The notes beneath the pieces are model-generated. The model ran no database searches and had not been told where the DNA came from. It saw only the letters and a list, made by a program, of their open reading frames with translations. Positions 29,357-42,583 of a DNA stretch of 64,000 nucleotides are shown one piece after another. Origin of the DNA: Bigelowiella natans CCMP2755 (lineage: Eukaryota; Protista; Cercozoa); assembly GCA_000320545.1 (NCBI GenBank), contig ADNK01001014.1:62001-126000 (forward strand). The letters are read 5' to 3'. The first letter of the stretch is position 1. Each line of letters starts with the position of its first letter. The position numbers were made by a program, and so were the translations under genes.

Positions 29357-29919
29357 ATATTTTCTGCTCTGTTACTTTGAACGGGATGGAATCGATCTCC
29401 AAATTCATTCCATTTTTGAAATCATTGCTTGATGTCGTTGCCTTCAGGTGGTTTAATCCTCTGAACCGAGACTTGTGTAAATTGGGGTTACAGCCAGCCA
29501 TGCTGAATCTCATCATTGGCGAAACCATAGAACGCGGGGAGGTCACTGACACAGACACATCATTTCTCACCACATTAACTTACAGCTCCTTATTTTTCGA
29601 AACTATAATTCGAAGAACATATGAGCAAGCCCATCGAGTAATGATTTAGTTTGTATTCAAATGGTAGAAGGGAATCCATCCCAGTCCTCCCTAGCTTCCT
29701 CCCGTCACCTTGGATTGCACCCCGACTCAAGGTCCCTTGGCGATACATAAACGGCGCGGATAACATGACAACAGCGAGTGGCAGAAGAATACATAAGGTC
29801 TGCGAGCGACGCGGCATAGTGAAGTTTGGCTTGTGGGGAGTGCACGTGGAGTCACAGGGGGGTACACGTGGCGTTGGGGATGCTAACTGATCAGGACTTT
29901 TTCTACCCATGTACTCCAT
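27654..29919 (-). CDS. efp: Bacterial-type translation elongation factor P, nucleus-encoded, probably plastid-targeted
   Basis: [94 protein letters not shown]. The leader has a signal-like [14 protein letters not shown] followed by an S/R-rich segment. Start is 29919 or 29817. Confidence 0.95.
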
Positions 29920-30511
29920 GTAAATAGACGTCTATTACATTGCGATAACAATAATAGTTACTATATCTTCAAATAAACATGTATTATTGCTTTTGAATCC
30001 CATAAAATGGCATTGTAAGATCTGATTTTTTAATCCGGTACGGGCATAAATCTAGGCCAAAATACAAGCCAACAACAACCAGAGACAATATACTTGGAAA
30101 AATAATGGAATTGTGGAAGTTTGACGCTTAGAGAAAAAAAAAAAGATATTTAATCGATATTTATGCGGAATTATAATCATTGTGATTAAAGTACTGCTTG
30201 CAAATATTCACTCGACCTTCTCGATCTTTGACGGCTATGATAGGTTCATTCTACATAGAGATATCTTCCCAAAATAGATAGCTAGTTTCCTACTAAAGTT
30301 GACGTTTTTCACTAGTAATTTACCGCATACTTAGAAAAATATAATGGCTCTCTGAAGAATATTTAGCACAATAATAAACTAGAAATCCCAGTTCCAGCAT
30401 CAATCTTATAATAATTTAGATGTATTACCCTCTTAAAATTATCCCTTCCAACGAATATGACGATAGAACTCAGACCACGTACCCTACCACGCCCCGTCCT
30501 CTCTGGCTGAG

Positions 30512-32480
30512 ATGAAGTTTATCCAGGTTGTGCCCCAAATCAATTGGCGGTGACCAATGAGAAACTAACAAGGGTTTGAATGCATAAATTTAGGTCGATA
30601 ATACTAAGCCTGCGCTTCTCCGGCGGTTCTTTGATCTGCTCTCAAAGACTTTCGACGAGTCAGGTTACTGCCACACCAACCAGCGATGAAGGAGCCCCGT
30701 ATTTCACGGACAAAAATGAAATTATTTTATTCTTGCAGAGATGGATAGTTGGGAAAGCTGGGAGAAGGAAGCAGACTGGTCAAAGGTGGTGAATAGGCAG
30801 GAGGAGGAGGAGGAGGAGGAGGAGGTGGAGACAAGTTGCGGGATAATAACGTGACAACCTTTCTGAATTCCTAGGCAAAATGGGACTCGTCAAGGGCGAA
30901 AAAGCTCATTGTAGTCGCAATCAACAACAAATCTGAGGTAGTGATGGATCGTCCCACCATTGTATTTTGTGTGATCATGATCAGTTATCATTGTTAACGT
31001 CGTCGTCTGATGATCATGTATCTGTTCACCTGCTGCTCACCCTTTAGATACTTGGCGGCTCTATCTGGGAGTACTTTAGAGCTTCGCAGCACTATCTATT
31101 CACGTATCTTTTTGTCGCGGAGCAGGGAAGGGGGAGAGGTGCGTTTGTAGAGCTCATCATCATCATCATCATCTTCTTCTTCTTCTTCTTCTTCCAAAAA
31201 AATCAATCCAACGAACCTATACATGGTGGTATGTTGATGTCGCTGGATCCCTCCCCCCCCTCTCCCCCTTGTTGATGTTGTTGTTGCTGCTGCTGCTGTA
31301 AGGTCTGGCTTTCCAGTGTTCCGTGAAAACATGGCAAGCAGCCTGTCGGTTAGAACAGGAGAGGGGCTGCAGCTTCACACATATATTCTGCGAAATGCAT
31401 GATCCAAGGTATAGGTAGCAATGATTGCCAGTGCTGGTTGTTCTGTACTTCTCCACCATTATTTCTTCTCCTTTACCAAGAATCACCTCGGCGGAAAATG
31501 ACGTTATCGATCCTTACGAGAGACTGCGCATGTTCCAGCATTTGGGCGTCAGGGGTGTCAGGGTTAGATTAACCAACAAACACAGAGGAGGGCTGAGGGT
31601 GGGGGAAAAGACAGTAGGTGGAAATGAAAGCTCAATTCAGCTTATAGTTACTTTGCGAGGACTTAAATAAAATTATTCATTACTACCCTTATAATGCAGA
31701 TTATATGTGATTATTGGATATGACAATTCTCTGAATTTTTACTGGCCGCTATGCTCTCGTCTTGTCCTAGCTTCGCTCTCGACTATCCCCCTCCTCACCG
31801 CCCCCCTGCCATCATCCATCAAATAGGGCCTTGAGTTCTTTCAGCCCCCTCTCCACGAAGGTGACAAGCCGCAGCCGTTTCTACTTGGCGTCGTCATCAC
31901 TCCGAAAGTTAGCATCGAAGAGAAGACAGGCACTCCTCAAATTGAGCGAGAAGCACTCGGTCAGAGTAGAGTGAGGGGGGGGGGGGGGTATGAGACGGAG
32001 AAAAGAGGAAACAAGGGTAGGGGATAGAGATTGTCAGATCGAAAAGTTGAAGCTGAAGATAGTGAGGATTCTTCCTCGCTTTTTTGCTGATGAGTGGCAG
32101 CGATGGTGCTAATGATGGCGACGGTTTTATTTTAGTGGCGTTCATCTGCGACTACTACCATGACCTCATCGGGCCTGATTACGCTACAAACCCCTACTTC
32201 AAACGAATCATGGCCTCGGTGCCGCAGCCGGCTATTCTGCCACTCCACCAGTTTGAAATAGAGCTCCAGCAAGAGAAGAACACGAAGAAGAAGAAGGCTC
32301 GCAATCATAAACACAGGCAACACAAACACGCACAGCAGCAACGAAGGAGGCGGAAGCAGCGACATGCGGTGAGTTTTGATGACACCCAAATGCACAAATG
32401 CCGATGATGATACAGCAGACCGACTGCCGAAGCTTACACGTGTATACAATAGATATTGCCGCAAGTGCGTATTTTTATAT

Positions 32481-32516
<36 letters not shown>

Positions 32517-32668
32517 CATATACATATCTACACGAAAGGGTGGCGAAGAGGAGAAAAGGAAGAGAGTGATCATCGTCGGCGCGGGAATTTCGGGGCTGGC
32601 CTGTGCACAGAAACTCGTGGAACACGGCGGATTTGATGTCCGTTAGCTCTACTGATGATAAAAGAACA

Positions 32669-32700
<32 letters not shown>

Positions 32701-33042
32701 AATGACGAGGTTAATTATGATAAGTAACAATAATAGTAATGATTACAGTGGCAACAACAGACGCTTTGGCGTTTTCTCAGAGCTCTAATGTGCACAATAA
32801 AAGATGATTATTATTCTCCCTCTCTTCCTACTATTGCTCCCGCTACTTCTACTTTTGCTATCACTCCTCCTCCTCCTCCTCCTCATACTACTACTACTAC
32901 TACTACTACTACTGCTGCTGCTGCCATTGATACAACTACCACAAAGGTAACTGTTCTTGAGGCGCGAAACCGAATCGGAGGCCGCATATGGTCAACACGG
33001 TTGTTTGATGAAGTATTGGTCCGTGATCACTATCATCACATT

Positions 33043-33074
<32 letters not shown>

Positions 33075-33530
33075 TGTCGTCGTCACTGCTATCATTATCA
33101 TCCTGATTTGAGGGATATATATGTGAATATTTTCTTCTCCTTCTTCTCCTTCTCCTTCTTCCTCCTCTTCTGTTTTTCCTTCAACAACAGGTGGAAGCAG
33201 GGGCTGCATGGTTCCACGGCACAGAAGGCAATGAGTTCTTTGAGAAGGCGAAGGCCATAATGCCGGAGCTCAAACTCCATCCGATGCCAATCACTTCCAT
33301 TCATACTGCGTTAAGACCTCATGGTATTACAATCTCACTACACAGCAATGCGTCTCTCTTAAGAGCAGCATTGAAGTAACATAAGACAGATATTCGCAAC
33401 AACAACAACCATCATCATCGTCGTCGTCATTGTTGTCGTCGTCGCCGCCATCATCAATCAATTGTTATCATCGTTATCATGACCATAAATGTTCAATGAG
33501 GAGCTTGTTATTGAGTATTAAGATTTCACG

Positions 33531-33563
<33 letters not shown>

Positions 33564-35992
33564 GGCTCGGAGAGCATTGCGCCTGATGTAATGCTAGAGG
33601 CGCTGATGAATTTCGAGGCAATGGTAGAGCAGCTCAAAGAGGAGAAAAAATCCCTTGGAATCTCCGAGAGTACCGGGTTGAAAACTGCCCTTGAGTTGCT
33701 TGTTAGGCGTCATCCAGACCTCACGCGGTGCGTTCCAAGCGAAATATTGTATTTTAAGAACTGCCATATTTATCGTCATCACCACCATTATCGTCGTCGT
33801 CGTCGTCATCATCAGGGAATGGAGACATGAGATGTCAGAAGCTTTCCGATATATCCTCTCGAAGGTAACGGCTTTACTGTTGGATTATAAATATGCATTG
33901 AGCGTCATACAGAAGCTATGGCGTGTCTGTCTGTGAGTGTATGTGTGTGTGGGTGTGTGGGTGGGTGAGTGTTGCATGTGTTGTGTGTGCTGTTGGAGGA
34001 AATTAAAGGATACTACCCACATTTAATTCCAAAGATCGAATCCGAAGAAAACACGCACATGGATTCTCTCTCGGCGCTACACTTTGACTCAGGCGATTAT
34101 TACGAGGTATTAGTCAATAGCATGACTATCAGCATTGTCAAGGTCATACTTATCGTCCCTGCCATCTCTCAGGGGGGGGATCAGTACATCGTGGGAGGCA
34201 TCAAGCAGATTCTCACTACGATGAGCGCTGAAATTGACATTCGATTCAAGACCATAGTGACAGAGATCGAGGTCTGTTTGAGTTGATGATTTGAGAATGG
34301 CGCTAACATGATGATAAATACGCTGCTGGCGACGACTGCTTCGATTCTTGCGGTATGACGACCATTGTTTCAGTTCTACCATCACCTTTTGGACTTTTTA
34401 GGAAAACAAAGAAAAAGGCAAAGTCGTTGTATCAACGGACGATGGAGCTGTGGAAATGGCGGACGCCGCCGTCCTCACTGTGCCTCTTGGGGTAGGGTTT
34501 GAGGATAATAATAATAGTAATAATAATGATAATTGTATGAACAACAACAATAATAGTAATAATAATAATAATAGCTCTAAAGCGGTGATGATGAGCATGG
34601 TGGATAGGACGATTGAAGCGGCAAAAAACCACCTGCAACATCACCACTACAACCGCAATAATATTTACCAAAGGTGCTTAAAAGGGGACGAATATCAATC
34701 CTTCCAAGATTGCCAGTAGAGAAGCAAGATGCGATTTCTCGGTTGGGTTTTGGCCAAATGGACAAGGTCATCGTAGCAGCAGCAGTTGTAGGAGTAGTAG
34801 TAATGTGTGCGTGTGCGTGTGCATGTGTGTAAACTGCCCAAGATATATCATAAGTGTGCGAATGATTCCTACTCTTCGTATCTTGGTCTTCTTTTTGGAT
34901 CTCCCACCTCTCTCTTCTCTCCATAGGTACTGCTGCAGTACAAGGAGTGCTTTTGGCCAAGTGGCACGTACGTCTTCGGTTATAACTTTCCCAGCGAGAC
35001 AAAATCTACCGCTCCAGGACTCTCATCGTCGATAATATCACAACGCCCTCGGCACAATCTGTTTATCTTCAACCTCGTTCCGGGTGCATGCAAAGCGTGT
35101 GTTAGTTTGCATGAATTAGTGCCTCCTTCGCCCATCATGATTGTTACCCCGACCAAAATCTTTGATTTTATGGTGATGATTCCGCTCATTTTGTGGCCCT
35201 TTCAGTTACGGGGAAAGCCGTTCTGGTCGCCCTGATCACGGGAGATTTACAGCAGATTTTGGCCGAGAAGCGGCGAAATAACACGTCTTTCCCCGAGATT
35301 TCCACCGTAAGGCAAGCGCTAGAGAAAATGTTTGGGCGAAACCCTACTCCTGATAAAGCTCGAGTCGTACGATGGGGCGATGATAACTTCACACACGGGT
35401 AGTTATTAGTGAGTGGCCACCACACAGTGCTTGATACATGCGGTTCTACTGGCTGTGATCTGGTGCCTTCGGCTCTGCAGCAAGCAAACAAACAATCAAT
35501 CATCAGCGGTGTGGATGGTGGTACACTGTATTTTCAGAGCGTATACTTTCATGGCTAAGGGAGCGGAGCCGAAGGATATTGAAACTCTTGCCGCCCCCCT
35601 TTACTCTGGCAAGCTAGGTTGGCAATGCGATATACATACATAGTACACAGAGTAGGGCGGACGGCGTGTGACAAATAAAGTAATCGTGGCCATTGTAGAA
35701 TGCCAAAAAATCGGGATTCTTATTCATAAATCCGAACACACCAGGTAGTTTTTAAGCAGCCATGTGTTTCCTTACGATTGTTTATGCAGGATTTGCCGGA
35801 GAGCACACATCGCGTAACCGATACGGATATATGGACGGAGCGTATTGCAGTGGAATTCGAGAAGGAAATCGACTCATCAAACTGTTGGACTTGTCGCAGG
35901 GTCACGAGAATAGTAGAGACGAAGACACAATACGTAGCGATAGCGTCCTTGCTAGAGAACGAAGTAATAATGTACAGCGGAGCAAACTTTAG
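30512..35992 (+). CDS. GNAT N-acetyltransferase / FAD-dependent amine (polyamine) oxidase, apparent fusion with C-terminal PTS1
   Basis: GNAT exons 30512-32368 give FTYLFVAEQGRGRGLA, IFCEMHDP, ERLRMFQHLG and FFQPPL. Oxidase exons from 32539 give VIIVGAGISGLACA, VLEARNRIGGRI, EAGAAWFHG, TVPLG|VLK, RW..D..T.GAY and FAGEHT..YGYMDGAYCSGIRE, ending SKL*. The oxidase call is firm; the fusion is inferred from splice phase. Confidence 0.85.
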
Positions 35993-36478
35993 AAGCGTAA
36001 GTGCTACTCCGTATATTACGACATTCGATCACGACGTACTAGCATCATTTGCTGTTCAATTTAAACTACATCTAGACATGCATGCCAGCAGGCTCGCGGA
36101 GCCTGCATCGATCACAGCTGGTATGAATAACTCGTAATGTGTGCATTACGCGTCAATGCTATCTAGCTAACTAGCTAAGTCGAACAATGCAGCACTACAT
36201 ATAGCTAGCTAGAGCACATAATTAAAACGACAACGCATTTTGTTGCGAACGCATAGAGTTATAGAGTCGCGCACACGTGTGTATACATGTGTGTACACAT
36301 GCATATAGCTAGCTATTTGCTACATGCTCATCCCAGCGAAGGCAGCCCAATGAGCGCACGAACGTACACTGCTAGCTAGCTAGACTGGTATAGAAGCGCA
36401 GTGTGCTTCGCGTCACGCTACATTTATTTCATGCAATGGGGTATTGATCAATGGGGTAGTATTGATGCACATGCATGC

Positions 36479-36518
<40 letters not shown>

Positions 36519-36916
36519 ACCCGCTGCTATGCTACTAATCACTATTATTAGTTAAAAAGTTGTTCGGTGTCTTGACTAGCGAATGCGGGTATCGCACCTC
36601 GTCACACATCTAGACAATGCACCTTATAAGTACTATCTAAATCGTGCATACTTAGCGTCCATACACCGCAAACACTTGCCAACTCCACACAGACTCAATT
36701 GATGATTCTGTCATGCACATTTTGTGTACAGGCTGCATTCATTCGATTTAATCGAGGTTAAGAGGGGTTTTCCTAGTTTGAACGTGAGGGTGATGAATCA
36801 TTCGATGCGATATGTGGAATAAGGAAGCGACTATGAGTAGGATGTATGGCCAATCACGGTTTTCTCCCCGTATCAAAATTACACGAGGGAGCATCCCGTG
36901 ATCGTCGCATATCAAT

Positions 36917-37687
36917 CTAATCGCGCTTTCCCTCGTCTTTCGGCATGATGATGTCGGAATCACCTGGAGTAAAATGATGATATCAGCGAGTGGGGAAACG
37001 ATGAAACGATAGTAGAAACAAGTCTAACGATGATTGGTATTGCTGATGTGTCTACATCCCCATTCGTCAACTCTACTTTCGTTGTTTCACCCTAGCTATT
37101 GTTATTATTACCAGGGTCCGTAATGCTCAAGCAGCTAACGCGGTAGAATTTACCGCATGCAGTTCCCAGTTCAATGTTGTCTGTGATAAAATTGGGTGTT
37201 AGATGGAAGAGCATGGAGCTGGAACACGTCAACTGTGGAGTTTCATTGGACTCTTCTCTCCAACATGTTCACATTAAATCTTACTTCCAGTGTAATGGTG
37301 GACTCCGGTTTGTGCAAGCATGGCGTAGTATTCAATTTCCGAGCGCTTGAGAGGAGGGCAGTTTTTGGCGATAATGATAAGCCAAGCTATAATTTCCACC
37401 ATCATACATAACATTGAAGTTAGAATATATAATGTTGGCTGATGGATTATAGTCGAAATACCTTTGCCGGCTCTCAATGTCTTAAGGGTTTGCTTGTATC
37501 CAAGCACGTACTTACCGCTCTTCATAACGAGCGCAAGACGGCTGTTGATGGATTCCTAGAGTAGCATGGCGAATAATCCCTCAGCTCGATGCCACAAATT
37601 CATGCACACAAACACCCACGCTACTATCTATCCTCTGATCACAGATTAAAGGCTTACCATAGTCTTCTTTCCCTTTTTCGCCGACAT
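36917..37687 (-). CDS. RPL30: 60S ribosomal protein L30 (eL30)
   Basis: [79 protein letters not shown]; five coding exons. Confidence 0.97.
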
Positions 37688-38449
37688 GATTGCTGTGTTC
37701 TAAACTGAGAAACAATGGAAGAAGAAAACGACAGGTCAATTTTCCCGTTCCGAATACTCAAGCAGGTTAGCCAAGGTTGGGGGACGGGGGTGCGCCACAC
37801 CTCAAATCGGAGTTTAGATGCAATTCGCCGACGCCTGCCGACAAATTGTTCAGAAATCCTTCTCGGCTTCTCAAATAAGGGAATCCCGGCGGGATTCTAC
37901 GAAGATTCCCGGAGGAGCGGAAACTTCTTTCCAATTCGGAGGATAACGTAGACTTCAGGCAGAGACAGATTCTTTGTCTTGTCGTAATTAAGGAATATAG
38001 TCCGCATCATCTATGCTTCCGAATTTTGCGATACTGTCTTCTTCCCATATAAATTGTTGTCTCGCAGGAGAAATTAGATGTCATTCGGATTTTTGTTGAG
38101 AGTAGTCGTCAATTGTTTGAATCGACATGTGATTTTGCTTGTCGTTACATGAAAAGGGATGCGACAAACTGGAGCACCTTCGTGCTGGACACGACACCTC
38201 TCTCCCAGAGAGCACTTTCCAAGACACTTCGCCACTGCACAGCAGGTTGGTTCCCCGGCCAACATCCTAAGGACATGGCTCATTAGTTTTTTAGATTTAA
38301 ACTCCTTTGATTTATTCTATTTGTCTAAGATGAGATGGACACTTTACATCCGATTCTGGCTGCTTATTATGTAGGCGGTAATCTCAAGCCGTGTGGTGGT
38401 GGTGGGAGAAGAAGCTAGAGCAAATAAGCTAGAAATAAAAACAAAGAAG

Positions 38450-41400
38450 ATGGACGATGGACCTTCACCAAGACCTCTCCCTCGTGGCCGTGGCAGGGTA
38501 TGTTTATCGTTAAATGCGCCGTTCTCTAATGCGTGCCTAACGCCTGATAACCACCCCCCATTTCTCTCTTCTTTAAGGGTCGCGGATTTCGAGGCCGACA
38601 TCGAAGAAGGGGCAGGGGCAACAGCAGCAATAGCAACGATAATCAAAATTACGAACGATATCCTAGCAAAAGCCCTGAAAATACCGGGGACGAAAGCGAA
38701 CGAGCGCCAAGCAGCGGTGCTGGCAGAAGGGTAGCTCGGAGTTTCAGAGGACGTCAATTCCGGGGTGGCCGCGGTCGTGGGGCTATGCAGGGGAGGTTTA
38801 GTGAGGAAGATAGTGGTAGAAAATTTGTAGCAGGGATGCCTCAGAGCGGCAGCGAAAGCGAGTCGAGTGGGTTTAAACTTGTTCCTGCTGCTCCATCATC
38901 CATCGCACCAGCAGATTTGGTCGCAGCTCCAGATGCCCCAAACTGTAGCCTGTGTAATTTCCCGATCGTGCACTACGCCATTTTATCTTGTGGTGAATCT
39001 GGGAGCATGTGCGCGCGCTGTGTGGTCAAGTTAGCGAAGTTCCAACCGAAGGAAGAGAAAGGAAAGCCGCTCAAGTGTCCGTATTGCCAATCTTACTGGA
39101 AGGAGGGCATCATTTTTTCCAACGAGAACAAGTCATTCTCGGAATGTCTGCCACTCAAAAAGTCTTTATACAACACCCAGCTTAGAATATATTCGGACTC
39201 CATCGACGTTCATCAGAGGTACGGTATCTTCAATCGGTATTGTCTCCCATACATTTGTACACATGTTTTTTTCAATAGCATGACACTTGCTTGACTGTAA
39301 ATTGCTGCTTGATTATCATCTCGTTCATCATCAAAATGAAGGTTTCTTCGTGCGACTGCGATATTCTGCAAGCCGTGCGAGAAAATCGGCAAGCAGACAC
39401 GTTTCAAGTCTCTGAGGCAGTTATCACAGCACCTTGAGAAAAAGCACAAACTGTTCCATTGTATGGCCTGCATGACTGCGCGCAAACAATCAGTCGAGGA
39501 TGCCCAGCTATATACCAAAACTGCGCTTCTCAAGGTAGTTGTGTGTTTAGGTGTCTTCCATCATCAATAAAACATCAGTGTAGTAGTCGTCTCCCATCAC
39601 TCTGTAGTTTTGCATTGAGTTTTTTTTAGTACATGTTCCCTTTGAAAATGATTGGTGCTGCTACTTACTAGCACTTCAAGCACGGTTCTCCAGCAATGGG
39701 CAACGACCCCCCGGTTGCTCCACACCCATTTTGCCAATTCTGTCGGGATCCGTACTTCTCCAAAGATGAGCTTTTCGCTCACATGGAGTCTAACCATCTT
39801 ACGTGCGCCATCTGCAACCGTCGTAGTGAGGATGAAAGGGTACTACTTTTTTGCCAGATATATTTATTCCTACGAGCTATGTAGTTTGGCCATGTTACTC
39901 TTTTTTATACTACCATCTTGATCATCATCATCATTATCATCATTACCATCGCCATGATGGACATCGTCGTTACATCGTGCTGATATAAAATATGCTTATA
40001 GGTCTACTTCCGGCATCATAAGGCCCTACGGCAGCACTACGACGAGGCGGAGCGCCACTTCGTCTGCAAAGAGCCGTCGTGCATGCAGCTGAACCATGAT
40101 GTCGTGTTTGACAACGAGATTGACTTCAAGCAGCACAACCTCGCCTACCATATTGACACCACCAAGATGTCCCGAGCTGAGCGAAAGCGCGCGACTAGAC
40201 TCAACTTTGGCGTATTTGCCGGCTCTTCCACCGCAGGAAGGGGTACTAAGCATGATGCTGCACCGCTACTTCCTTTTATCACAGGCAATGAAGAAAAGTT
40301 GTAAAATTGGCCAAAGAACTGAAATATCTGTCGTCGAATTGGTTATTGTCGTTGTTCAGGAGGCGGAAGGGGAGGACGTACATCATCATTTCGACGACAA
40401 GGGACACGATTCTCCCGTGATATCGCCTACCTCTCCCTCGCAGATGATGATGATCACAACGAAGAAAAGAACCCAAATAACACCGAGGAAGTTGCAAGAG
40501 CAAGAGAGGCAATGCGTGCCGAACTCGAGGTGTAGATAATCCTAATATCACTGTTATTGTGAATCAATATCATGCACATCTTCAATCCCTAATTTTCGCA
40601 AACGTGTCGTTCTTAGAAAAGGTACAAGGTAGCAACGGCCAAACTACGTGCCGCAACACCCCCGTCCCAGAACAGGAGGAACTACGATAAAGACGGTGAC
40701 AAAACCAAAGGATCATCATCATCATCATCATCGTTGGCTGGTGAAGGCGGTATTGGAAGGTCTCATAGCATTCCAACGCGCCTGAGTGCTGCCGCAGTTG
40801 TAGGAGGGAGAGGAGGAGGAAATAGTCGAGGCGCTCTATCGGAATTTCCTACTCTTGGCGGTGGAGCGGGAGGGCAGCAACGACCACAGAATAAGGTGGT
40901 TGTCGCAATCGTTTGGCTATCAGTTGTTCAGTCATTCAAGCACTCCGTCGATCATTGTATCATAGTAGCAATTGTCACATCACGCGAATACTCACAGCTC
41001 CTGCAAAAATATACGCGTAGGTTTATCCTGGTGCTCCTCCGGAGGCTAGCGTGGAGAACTTCCCTGCATTTCCCTCGTCACAGCAGCAGCAGGCACAATC
41101 AAAGCAGAGGCGAGCAAACAACCGCTCCAACAGAAACGAGCGGCGTGCGCGTAAGCGACAGGATTCTTCCAATCACTCATCATCATCCAGCAGTGGTAGT
41201 GTGTCAGTAGGCGACGGCAAGATCGAGCCATGCCCTCCGGAGCTTAAGAAGCAGCGCCACCAGTATGTTCTTCCTTCCCCCACCATCGACGATGATATAT
41301 CGATGATATGCACGCACATGTACACTTCCCTCACACATTCTCAGAAGAATGATCATCGTTGTCACGGTCGCCATGACCACAGAATACCACCATATTTGAT

Positions 41401-42301
41401 TGATTCTCTGGGCGGCTCATCAACATCATCATCATCATCGTAGGTACTTCAAAGAACGACTGCTTCGATCTCTCGGAGGTGATAAGGCTGCGATGACACA
41501 AATTAGACGAGCGTTGAGCGACTTTGTAGGGAAGGGCCTCCTGTCAGCAAGAGCGTTTCTTGACCTCTACTTCGAGAGCTGTGATGATACAATTCCCCTC
41601 AAAGATATTATATCTCTAATTCTAGCGGAGAAGCCGGAGCGCGGGCGTGCCCTCCTCTCTACCTTTCGTGTTGTTATGAGCGAATGGGAGCGTGGAGGAG
41701 GGGGGGTTGCGACAACGACATCATCAATTCCGCCGGCAGCTGTAGCAGCAGAAGGCGGTGGCGTGTGGAGCGGCAAGCACGACATAAATCCCTACCGAGT
41801 CGAAGTGCTCTACAACCCCATGAAGGAGAAAAAGAAGGATGATCAAAAGCATAAGAATAAAAACAAAAAGAAGAATACTGAGAACAGGAATGGAGGAGGA
41901 GGAGGAGGAGGAGGAGGAGGAGGAGGAGGAGGGGGGGGGTGGGGAGCAGGAGCCACCAACGCAATAGCATCATCATCACCATCACCATCATTAGCATCAT
42001 CATCATCATCATCATTACAGAGAAGCGCCACGCTAACATCGACAAATACAGCGAAGACAAAGGGCCGAAATAGAGGGAAAAGAGACTTTCCCACACTCGG
42101 GGGTGGTGGAGGTGGTAGTAGTAGTGGTGGTGGGGGTGGTAGTAGCGGCCTTGGAGAGGGTATCCCAAGGGATTCAAAGGCTGCTGACAGAGTAGCAGCG
42201 GAAGACGACAAATCGTGGCGTCGAGAGGGCATGGTGGACGCAGCGGTGCTTCGCAGCCAAATTTCGGATGTGTGTGCTAGCCCGGGTGATAAATAGTAGT
42301 C

Positions 42302-42333
<32 letters not shown>

Positions 42334-42552
42334 TTCGCATGCCAGTAGTTAGCAGTAGTTGTTAGTTGTTGTAGTAATAGGAGGAGGAGGAGGAGGAGGA
42401 TGTGGTGGTGGTGGTAGCGGTGTCAAGATGCGGATGATGGGATCTGGAGCTTTTGCTCTTATTGTGCTTTGAGGCTGCTCGTGTTCTCCCTCAATCTTGT
42501 GTTGTCAATTTCCCGCCAAATGAGTTCATTGCCAATCATCATCGTCAGCTTC

Positions 42553-42583
<31 letters not shown>

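Noticed and set aside
27654-29919. EF-P as bacterial contamination
   Set aside because: The gene has multiple spliceosomal introns with host-type microsatellites and a targeting leader.
32539-35992. Amine oxidase as an LSD1/KDM1 histone demethylase
   Set aside because: No SWIRM or Tower domain is apparent, and it ends in peroxisomal SKL.
36965-37290. Intronic snoRNAs in RPL30 or RPL21
   Set aside because: No convincing C/D or H/ACA box arrangement could be identified by eye.
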